A stretch of 64,000 bases of DNA from Schmidtea nova (Eukaryota). Location of the stretch: assembly GCA_044892505.1 (NCBI GenBank), contig CM097883.1, positions 77,562,001 to 77,626,000 of the forward strand. The letters run 5' to 3'. The position numbers were made by a program, and so were the translations under genes. Under the pieces are notes generated by a model that ran no database searches, was not told the origin of the DNA, and was given only the letters and a program-made list of their open reading frames with translations. Of this stretch, positions 26,614 to 35,711 are shown one piece after another (the first letter of the stretch is position 1; every line of letters starts with the position of its first letter).

Positions 26614-26733
26614 CACAATCTCAATAAAAAAAAATTATCATAATTATTTTTTTCACCTTTGATTTTTTTTCATTATTATTATCAATAATTCTCATAATGA
26701 TGACTAAAGATCAAAATTTTTTTTTAAACAATA

Positions 26734-26768
26734 ACACAATATTTCGGCACAGCCTTTATCAAGTGTGT
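26734..26768 (-). ncRNA. Candidate hammerhead ribozyme, U3-A8 core variant
   Basis: Minus strand ACAC-TTGATAA-A-GGC TGT GCC-GAA-ATAT-T-GTGT: 4-bp stem I, 3-bp stem II. Lies about 80 bp 3' of the PLE GIY-YIG stop once element 1 is removed. Confidence 0.55.
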
Positions 26769-26819
26769 ATTTCACATTTATTAGTGATCACATGTGTACA
26801 ATCCAATAAAACCTTTATT

Positions 26820-27876
26820 TGTTGGGTTTTCTAATAACAAAAGATTGATCGTTGGTTACTCTGACTCCTCGTGTTCAGACAAATCAATAAACTCCGATTT
26901 TCCCAACGTATATTTGTTATCACACTTTACACTTCTCACTCACAACCAATTTCACAACAATAAATTAATAATCAAACTTTTTCTCTATTCGATCAAGCCT
27001 CGCCTCGGAAGTCTTGACCCTGTGCGATCTGAAAGTAAATATCACCTTTTAATTCCTTTATACGACTCCTTGCCTTCGATTCGATGTGTTTGACTATTTT
27101 GAATTTAATTCACTCAACTCTTTGATTCACTTTTGATATCCTTTAATTTTCTTGATCTGACTTCTTTGATTCCTTAATTTTCCACTTCTCCCAATTTCAC
27201 TTCTTCTCACAATCTCCAAAACCTATTGTCGATTTCTTCTGCCCTACCTAAGGCTAACGCCGAATTTTCTGAATTTGGAGTCTCCTTATATACTCCAATA
27301 ATCATTTTGATTACCAGCGGTTTCCTTTGATATTATGATAAAATAACTGTAATTAATCACTTCTACCGTTCCTTCATGTTATTTCCGATCTTATTTTATT
27401 TACCCTCACTTATCCTGTTGATTCCATAATAGTTCTCTAAAAGTTAAACTGTTTATTTTTCTCGATTGCCGCGCTCGGTTGTTAAAATAATGTCTCTCCA
27501 AAAGTCGTTTTGTTTGTTTTGATAATCGTTCTCCAACGTTCAGTTTGTTTATTTTCCCTAATACCCGTGCTCGAGGTTTCTTCATCTCTCGGGTTCTCCA
27601 TTGGCTCGGACTTCCCATTAGCCCGGGTTTTCCATTAGCCAATTAATTAATTAATTAATGATTTCTGTTTTAACCTTTTTTACCTATTTTCAACCCTTTC
27701 AAGACCTTTTCTGACAATTTCTTGCTCACTATCTTCTTCGCCAATCCCTGATCTACACCTATTCCGTTTTCCAGCTTCGATTTCGATTCTCTTTCATTTC
27801 GTTTCACTTCAATTTTCTTTTGATTCAAAATAATTCTAATTTAATTTAAGATAATTTTAATTTAACAACCTCAACA
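26820..27876 (-). repeat. Element 1 3' LTR
   Basis: Direct repeat of 40110-41166; only two mismatches seen by eye (about 27795 and 27867). Confidence 0.97.
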
Positions 27877-27878
27877 TA

Positions 27879-27889
27879 TCTCCCCCCTT
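27879..27889 (-). other. Polypurine tract of element 1
   Basis: Minus strand AAGGGGGGAGA, 2 nt before the 3' LTR TGTTG. Confidence 0.9.
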
Positions 27890-29108
27890 AAAAAAAATTT
27901 CGTCCTCGAAACAGATGTTTTGAAAGTTATTTTGTACTTATTTATATATACATATACTTACACACACACACACATATATATAAATATATTTTCATATTTA
28001 CATAATTTATTTTTTGATTTATTTCTAAATTTAATTATGAAAATAGTTTTTTGTTTTAAATATAATAAATTTACCATTTAAATTAATTTTATCATATTTT
28101 ATTTGATTATTTTTATTTATTATTTATTTTATACGAATTTTACATTTAAAAATTTTTTTTTTTTTTTCAATTGAATAATAAATAACATTCAGTTCTAAAT
28201 AAATTAAAATGAAAAAAATTATTCGATTCCAAAATCGAAAAATTTAATTATTTATTTACTAAAGTTATCATTTTAGATAACTCTTTAATTATTCTACTTA
28301 TAATTATTCTATATAAAGAGATATTTTTATCTCATTTTCATTTTTCTCCAATTCCCAAAAAAATGAAGGTAAGTTTTGTTATTATAGTTCTTATTTATTA
28401 TATTATTATTTATTTTATCATATTTTATATTATTTACGTTATTACTATATATATACATTATTATATTATTACTATTATTATCATAATCATTATTACTGTT
28501 TTATTATTATTATATAATAATATTATAATGCTATTATTACATTTTCTTAATAGAAAAACCGAAAATGGAAGGAAACTAACATAAAGATGCTCACAATATG
28601 GTGATATTTGAAATCCTAATTAAAACCATTTTTTCCTAAGATTGTCACGTGAACTTATCGATAATATGAATTTATTACGTGCTATCGCACTTATTTGTTT
28701 TGACTTTTATTTTGGAAGTTGTAAAAATACTTTTGAATTACAAAATATTTAATATCAAAATTAGATTTCACTGATTTAATCTATCTATTTTCCATTATAG
28801 CATTTATTAAATCACCTATATATCACTTTAAATGTGTTCATCTAGGAACGTGTGAAAATGTTTGGGATTAATTTGCACAGTCATCTGTGTTGTAAAAGCG
28901 ATGATTAATACCCATTTCATTCTAATAACTATCTGATTCCACTGACATAATTCACTCAATTCTAGTTTTACGGCAACACACATGTATACCTATATATACA
29001 TTTTTACGCATTGCCTATTTATCTATAGAAACGATATTACACTGTAGACTTATGATACTTGTACTACATATATCCCTAAGCAATTGAAATTTTTTAATAT
29101 TCGTTATT

Positions 29109-29306
29109 TTAGGCTCCTAAGTCCGAAGCATTAGTTTGGTTACCGGTCGCCCTTCCGCGACGTCGGGGCCTCAAAAGGACCTTTGGGGTTATGGAAGGCT
29201 TTGCAAAAACTCTCCGCTTTGAAAATGACCCTCCCCACGGGGTTCGGGATGACTTAGTCATCCAAAGTTTTATTATTTTGGACGACGATGATTGACTTTG
29301 ATTCAC
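29109..29306 (-). CDS. Small basic, Arg-rich accessory ORF in the element 1 3' region (hypothetical)
   Basis: KVLLRPRRRGRATG; a GC-richer island in AT-rich DNA, preceded by an AG acceptor-like site. May not be coding. Confidence 0.35.
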   Translation of the reverse strand: MNQSQSSSSKIIKLWMTKSSRTPWGGSFSKRRVFAKPSITPKVLLRPRRRGRATGNQTNASDLGA

Positions 29307-29434
29307 CTAATTCTTATTTATGGTGTTATTTATAATAAATTTGCCTTATTTTAGTTTTAGTTTTCACCATTACTATTTCAAGGACGAAAATTTAAAAAGG
29401 TTATTTCTTAATATTTTTATTACTTCTCACAGTT

Positions 29435-29677
29435 TTAGTCCAAGTTATTCATTTCTCCCTCCTCCATAGTTTCGTCTTCCTGCTCCTGTAGTTTCATTCG
29501 CCATAGAACTACCTCGGCTTCATATCTGAAAAGAAGAATTTCCATTTTTTCAAAACGTCTTTTGACCACCCAATTCTCTTGTTCCAGATCGAAAATTCGT
29601 TTCTCCATTGCCTTCATTTTTTTTCTCATCTCTTTCATGGTGTTAAGGCATTCTTTTAGTGATTCTTCTTCCTGCAT
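29435..29677 (-). CDS. 80-aa coiled-coil accessory ORF in the element 1 3' region (hypothetical)
   Basis: Heptad pattern LKECLNTMKEMRKKMKAMEKRIFDLEQEN with an acidic tail; preceded by TTTAACTTTAG acceptor-like site. Confidence 0.5.
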   Translation of the reverse strand: MQEEESLKECLNTMKEMRKKMKAMEKRIFDLEQENWVVKRRFEKMEILLFRYEAEVVLWRMKLQEQEDETMEEGEMNNLD

Positions 29678-29825
29678 TTCCTAAAGTTAAAGATAATTAA
29701 TACTTTAAATACATCTCTCCTTCCATCGCACAAGGACAGACCCTCCTCAGCAACACTCGATCAACCAAAATATTTTCATTCAGGTCACACATTCCTAATT
29801 TACTTTTAACCATACAGATTATCAA

Positions 29826-29875
<50 letters not shown>

Positions 29876-29905
29876 TATATACATGCATGCCATATAAAAT
29901 CATTG

Positions 29906-31084
29906 TCAATGATCATAGTTAGGTGTCCTTTTACATAATACGATTGTTATTATTAGAAACACTATGGATAATATGAAAAATGCTGTTATCATAAGATAGA
30001 GTAAGTATTCACAGATGATTAATGTTTGGTTCGTTTCTTTTAAAACTAGCTTGCTCATTTGAGTTCGATTAAATTTATTTCGATTCAGGGGTGGGCCCGT
30101 GGTTGCTACTATCATCTGTGTTTGATGTGTGGCTGTTAGGATCAACTCTGGCCTTTTGATCAGTTTTGTTTCTACCAAAACTGTCTGCCAACGATATGGT
30201 TTGTCCATCCACCGCTGGTATTTGATTTTTATCAGGTAATTATCTCCTACATTAGAAGTATTAAATAAAAAGTAACTTTTACCCACATCCAACAAAACGA
30301 TAATTCTTTGATTCTCACTAATAATTACTCTTTCATTGATCATTGATTTTCTGTATATTACTATCGCTTCATACTGCACTTTGAAAATCACCATATTCGA
30401 TACATTTCTTAGGTAAATACTCTGCTTTTCGGTTTTAAACAATGCCCATCTATTGCTCATTATTGTCCCGTTATCGTATAGCATATTTTCATAATAGTTT
30501 GTTAATATGGTATAATTGGCATTCATTTTTAGGTTATAATATCGAGAATACGATTTCCGTGTATTTAATATATCAACAAAGTTTTGAAATATCACTTGTG
30601 CTTTCACCCGTTCACTTGCTATCCAATACACATTTACTCCATTTAATACCGGCTCTATTTCGACTGTATGTCGTAATTCTTTTGTTTGTATTATGACTCG
30701 AATTTGACTATCAAACTTTACCGACGAATTTGTCTCATTTTGTTTTATAAACCACGGATACTTGAAGTTCGCCTTTAATTCTTGTGCCACATACATATTT
30801 CTATCGTAATTAAGAATACTGACCGGCGTGAATGGATCTAAGAGGTTGTTAATTTCTATCTGTTCCGATACCTCACAATGATAGATCCAGACAATATTCG
30901 TATACGTAGAGTATATATTGATCTTTTCCCATAAGGGTATTTTTGTCACTGCATACGGTAAATCGACCTTCCCACCCTTAACACTTGTCAGTGTTAACAG
31001 AGCAATCATTATAAACAACATTTTTGTAATGTAACTGATTGGGACTGGGTTTTTGGTAAATTTTTGTTGAACTATGGCATCCAC
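29906..31084 (-). CDS. 392-aa predicted type I membrane glycoprotein downstream of integrase
   Basis: Signal-like MLFIMIALLTLTSVKG, beta-rich ectodomain with several NxS/T sequons, C-terminal TM YLLYLMITAFFILSIVFLIITIVLC and short tail. Overlaps the integrase tail in the -1 frame. Confidence 0.8.
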   Translation of the reverse strand: MDAIVQQKFTKNPVPISYITKMLFIMIALLTLTSVKGGKVDLPYAVTKIPLWEKINIYSTYTNIVWIYHCEVSEQIEINNLLDPFTPVSILNYDRNMYVAQELKANFKYPWFIKQNETNSSVKFDSQIRVIIQTKELRHTVEIEPVLNGVNVYWIASERVKAQVIFQNFVDILNTRKSYSRYYNLKMNANYTILTNYYENMLYDNGTIMSNRWALFKTEKQSIYLRNVSNMVIFKVQYEAIVIYRKSMINERVIISENQRIIVLLDVGKSYFLFNTSNVGDNYLIKIKYQRWMDKPYRWQTVLVETKLIKRPELILTATHQTQMIVATTGPPLNRNKFNRTQMSKLVLKETNQTLIICEYLLYLMITAFFILSIVFLIITIVLCKRTPNYDH

Positions 31085-31575
31085 TTTTTCTTGGTTTGGT
31101 TTGGTTGAAGTGGATATCTTGTTTCATCGTCTTCTGGCATTAATTTGCATCGATTTGCATGAACTATTATAGGATTAGCTTTTTTACTCCTGAATGGTAG
31201 TAGTTTCAAATTTGTTTCAGTTGTGTCACATACTTTATATGGCCCTTTAAACGGTCTCTGTAATTTTGGTGACATTCCTTTGAGCGGTTCAGGTCTATTG
31301 AGATATACCAAGTCTCCAATTTTGATTCCATGTGGATGTGCTTTTTTATCATAGGCTTCTTTATACTTTTCTTGATTGTGTTTTACCGTTAAACCAGCTT
31401 TTGCCCACACAGACTGCACTCTTTCTTGCATTAATGCTTTATAGTCTGGTATTTCCATATATTGTGTTACCGGCAATTGGAAGTTTAAATCTATCGGCAT
31501 ATTATTTCTTCTTAAATACATCAAATAAAAAGGTGTCTTATTGGATTTATTGCATTTCGGTAAGCAAACAAGCAA
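31072..31575 (-). pseudogene. Frameshifted integrase C-terminus (GPY/F region)
   Basis: KTPFYLMYLR...GDLVYL...PKLQRPFKGPYKV; continues the pol frame that is lost near 31550. Confidence 0.9.
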
Positions 31576-34500
31576 GGCTTTATATATTCATCCCAATCCC
31601 TTTGCTTACTATTAACATACGAAGAAATCATATTTATCAATGTACCGTTAAATCTCTCAACTAAGCCATCGGTTTGTGGATGATAAGGAGAACTGTTCAG
31701 CTTCCAGATTCCAAATAACTCAGTAATTGATTTAAATAATTCGCTTTGAAAGTTTGAGCCCTGATCAGTTAGTAATTTTTTTGGAGTGCCATATCTAAAG
31801 ACAATATTCTCTACGAATATTTTGGCTACCGTATCGGCCTTTTGATTTGGTATGGCGTAAGCTTCCGGCCATCTCGTCAAATAATCACAGAATACTACGA
31901 TACATTTATTTCCTTTTATTGTTTCAGGTAATGGTCCCACAATGTCCATTGCAGTCATCTCCATTGGTGTAGTTGGTACAGGCATTGGTTTTAAAGGTAC
32001 TTTAATTTTATTTCCTGTATTTCTCCTTGTAATACATATTTTACATTTCTTGCACCAATCTCTCACATCTTGCTCCATTAATGGCCAATAATATTTTTGT
32101 TTTAGTCTCGATAAAGTTTTTCTAGCCGATAAGTGCCCTCCTAAAGCTCCATCGTGATATTGCATCAGTAATGAATCTCTCTGTTTTTCAGGAATTATGA
32201 TTAGTATCTCATCGTTTTTTACACATTTTAATATTCCTTCGTGAATTATATATTTGTGATTTTCATTGATTATTTGCTTTAAATTTCTCTCTCTTTCGAC
32301 TGTAATTGCTCGTTCAAACAACTGTTTAAGTTGATTGTCCTTTTTCTGTTCATTTTGTAACTCTATCATATTGTTAACGGCTTTAATTGCGGCAAATATC
32401 GTGCCTTCAATCGTTTCTGTACTACCTTCACTTTCAATGCCTCCATTGGGAATTCTAGACATTGTATCGGCATTTGCATTAGCTTTCCCTGCTCTGTATT
32501 TAATTTCGAAATCATACTCTTGAAGAGCTATTGACCACCTAATTAATTTACTAGCTGAATCTCTATGCTTCATCAACCATTGAAGAGGATTGTGATCAGT
32601 GTATACGATAAATTTCCGTCCCAGCAAGTATTGAATAAACGTAGCGATTCCGTAAACTAACGCTAAGGTTTCTTTTTCAATTGTTGAATAATTTTTTTCA
32701 TGTGGTCTCAGTGACCTGCTTGCATACGCTATCACGTGATCCTTTTCCCCATCTACCTTCTGACCCAACACTGCGCCCAATGCAACGTTACTGGCATCCG
32801 TCATTAACAAGAACAATTTTGTAAAATCTGGGCATCGCAAAATAGGTGTCGTTATTAATTTTTGCTTCAGTGCGTCAAAAGCTTCTTGTTGAGTTTTGTT
32901 CCATATGAACTTGTTATTCTTCTTCAATAATGAATTTAACGGTTGAGCTATATGCGAGAAATTCTTTATAAACTTTCTATAATAGCTTGCTAATCCTAAG
33001 AATTGCCTCACATCATCCGCATTCTTTGGAATTGGATACACCTCCACCTTTTTAATGTTGTCAGGATTTGTTTGTAGACCTCGTCTTGATATTATGTGAC
33101 CAACATACACCACTTCGGACTTTCCCCATTCACACTTCGATGGTTTTATTTTCAATTTTGCTCCTTTTAGTCGTTTAAATACTGCCTCAACATCATCAAG
33201 ATGTTCATCAAAGCTATTTGAAAATATAATAATATCATCAATATAAACTAACGCGTGTTTTAAGCCTCTTAATACAAAATTCATACCTCTTTGAAATGTA
33301 GCCGGGGCTCCCGTCAAACCGAACGGTAGAACATTGAACTCATATAACCCTTTGCCATCTGAAAAGGCTGTCTTCTTTCTATCCTCTTCCTTGACTTTAA
33401 ATTGATTATACCCTTTATTCAAATCAATCACAGTAAAATATTGAGCTTCTCCCATCTGATCGAACATTTCCTGGGGTACAGGAATTGGATATGTATCCTT
33501 TCTTGTTACCTGGTTCAGTTTTCTGTAATCCACACAAAATCGTAAATCTCCGTCTTTTTTCTTTACAATTACAATGGACGCCGAAAACGGTGATGAGCTA
33601 TCTCTGATTATTCCAAAATCTTTCATTGCTTGAATTTGTCGATCACTTTCGGTTTGATGAATATATGGTATTCTGTACGGTTTTATTTTCACCGGGGTTT
33701 CATCCAACAACGAAATTTCATGTTCAATTATATTTGTTAACCCCAAGTCATATTCGTGTCTCGCAAAAATATCCCGGTATCTCTTCAACAATTCTGTAAA
33801 CTTTTGCCTTTGCTCTTCGGTCAAATCAGTACTTACTACTTCAGGTTCTTTATAAATTTTTACGTTTCTAGGAATCTTCCTTTCCGCTTCTATCAACATA
33901 TTAGACAATTTTCCTAGTTTCGTCTTTGGTTTTAGCCGAATTGACTTGTCACCATAATTAGCTATTCGCACTGGTAATAATTGATTTTCCACTTTCACAA
34001 TTTCGTCACACATCGGGGTCTCGTATTTTTCTATTAACTTTTGATTCGGTTCAAATATAAATTCATCATCGTCTACGCCAGCAGCGTTCGCATAATATAT
34101 TATTTCTGTTTGAGGTGGGATGGTTAACGATTGACTGAGAAATACTTCTCCTAAATTATGAATGACTTCGCCACTTTTTCCCACGATCAAATTTTTAGTT
34201 TTAAAATCCAGTAAAATTCCGTCTAACTGCTCCAGTACATCCATTCCAATCAAACACAATACAGGGCTTTTTTCCATAATCTGTACGTTATGTGTAATCT
34301 TTCTGTCACCAATTAGAAGTACCACTTCTATTTCTCCAATTATTCTCAATACGTTTTTAGACAGTGATCTGATTATGCTATTTGATGGTTTTATTTGTCT
34401 TTTTTCCTTTGCCGACAATATCTCTTCTGATATAATTGTATGACTTGATCCTGAATCCACCACAGCCTCCACTCTCTTTTTATTTAGTTGGATTAATATT

Positions 34501-35708
34501 CGTGGTTGTTTGCCAATTTTTGCTAACGTCATCAATACATAATTTCCGGGTAAACCTAACCTGTTTCGTCTTTCGATTTCGGCACTTGTTGGTTCGATTC
34601 TCTCACATTGTAAAGCAATATTTTCGACTGGTTTCATTTCCCTCAATTTTTCGACTGGATATGCTGGTAGTGGTTGGATAAACGATTTTGGTATACACAA
34701 TCTAGAAAAGGTATCCTGATTATCATTATTGGACAGCGATTCTTTTAGCAGTTGATAGTTTTTCAATGTGTTACTTTGCATTCGTTCCTCCGAGTATAAC
34801 GGGGCGGATTCATTGATATTTTCGTCATCATTTTTGTCATCGTTAGAAGTAGTAGTCAAATCGATATAACTTACCTTTTTCTTTTTCATCAGTCGTGTTT
34901 TCAAAGTTTCCATCTCTTTATACTGGTGATGTGTGATAAAAAATCTGGCTAGCAATGGAACGCATCCCATGACTAATTTCCAAGACAATCCCGTAATAGT
35001 ATACAATCTGTGTGTTGACAACACCTGCGAGATTATTACTTTAATCACGATTCCTATTACGTAGATTCCGATTAATCCAGCACAAGCTTGACCAATAAAC
35101 ATGAACTTTCCCCATATCTTTTTCATCGTATTATATGTTGCTCTTTTGTAATGATCAGGTGTTAACAAGTAGTCGTAATTTGCTTTCCCAGTTCCACTCG
35201 GGAGAATCGTGTTCACCATTTCCATAATCACCCTTTCTTTTTTTGATGGAAATAATAAATTTCTCCGGGCCGCTTCAATATCATCACTTGAATACATCCC
35301 ACTTTGCGTCATACTATCTAGCGATGTAAAATTAATCAAATACTCTAATTTGGTCAACTCCAATTTCTCTGGAACTTTCACTCCTCTGTAATCGGGTAGT
35401 GCAATCCATGATTCAGACATCAAGCGATACAGTGGAGCCAATAATCTATTACATTGCAACACTTTGGGCTTCACGCCCTCTTCCAGTAGAATGCGTGTCA
35501 CCGGTTCCATGAATCGCAATTTCTCGTTAAAATTCACTGGCAATTCATTTGTACATTGATCGAATTTCATCAATTTGATAGGTACAGCTTTGCATTTATA
35601 GCTATACAACGCTTCGCCAAAAATTCGAGCAAATACTCCGTTCTCTGATATTAGCATTGGAGCAACTAAATTCGGATTTGTAATAGCCATCGCCATTCTG
35701 TTTCGCAA
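31521..35708 (-). CDS. pol: Glycoprotein C-terminal half + TM, fused in frame to PR-RT-RNaseH-integrase
   Basis: CTNELPV ectodomain motif, hydrophobic segments at about 34930-35115, PR VVDSGS (about 34455), RT YIDD (about 33240), RH TDAS, INT zinc finger (H..GHL..C..C), MDIVGPLP / LTDQG / VERFN. Confidence 0.95.
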   Translation of the reverse strand: MRNRMAMAITNPNLVAPMLISENGVFARIFGEALYSYKCKAVPIKLMKFDQCTNELPVNFNEKLRFMEPVTRILLEEGVKPKVLQCNRLLAPLYRLMSESWIALPDYRGVKVPEKLELTKLEYLINFTSLDSMTQSGMYSSDDIEAARRNLLFPSKKERVIMEMVNTILPSGTGKANYDYLLTPDHYKRATYNTMKKIWGKFMFIGQACAGLIGIYVIGIVIKVIISQVLSTHRLYTITGLSWKLVMGCVPLLARFFITHHQYKEMETLKTRLMKKKKVSYIDLTTTSNDDKNDDENINESAPLYSEERMQSNTLKNYQLLKESLSNNDNQDTFSRLCIPKSFIQPLPAYPVEKLREMKPVENIALQCERIEPTSAEIERRNRLGLPGNYVLMTLAKIGKQPRILIQLNKKRVEAVVDSGSSHTIISEEILSAKEKRQIKPSNSIIRSLSKNVLRIIGEIEVVLLIGDRKITHNVQIMEKSPVLCLIGMDVLEQLDGILLDFKTKNLIVGKSGEVIHNLGEVFLSQSLTIPPQTEIIYYANAAGVDDDEFIFEPNQKLIEKYETPMCDEIVKVENQLLPVRIANYGDKSIRLKPKTKLGKLSNMLIEAERKIPRNVKIYKEPEVVSTDLTEEQRQKFTELLKRYRDIFARHEYDLGLTNIIEHEISLLDETPVKIKPYRIPYIHQTESDRQIQAMKDFGIIRDSSSPFSASIVIVKKKDGDLRFCVDYRKLNQVTRKDTYPIPVPQEMFDQMGEAQYFTVIDLNKGYNQFKVKEEDRKKTAFSDGKGLYEFNVLPFGLTGAPATFQRGMNFVLRGLKHALVYIDDIIIFSNSFDEHLDDVEAVFKRLKGAKLKIKPSKCEWGKSEVVYVGHIISRRGLQTNPDNIKKVEVYPIPKNADDVRQFLGLASYYRKFIKNFSHIAQPLNSLLKKNNKFIWNKTQQEAFDALKQKLITTPILRCPDFTKLFLLMTDASNVALGAVLGQKVDGEKDHVIAYASRSLRPHEKNYSTIEKETLALVYGIATFIQYLLGRKFIVYTDHNPLQWLMKHRDSASKLIRWSIALQEYDFEIKYRAGKANANADTMSRIPNGGIESEGSTETIEGTIFAAIKAVNNMIELQNEQKKDNQLKQLFERAITVERERNLKQIINENHKYIIHEGILKCVKNDEILIIIPEKQRDSLLMQYHDGALGGHLSARKTLSRLKQKYYWPLMEQDVRDWCKKCKICITRRNTGNKIKVPLKPMPVPTTPMEMTAMDIVGPLPETIKGNKCIVVFCDYLTRWPEAYAIPNQKADTVAKIFVENIVFRYGTPKKLLTDQGSNFQSELFKSITELFGIWKLNSSPYHPQTDGLVERFNGTLINMISSYVNSKQRDWDEYIKPCLFAYRNAINPIRHLFI

Positions 35709-35711
35709 AAT

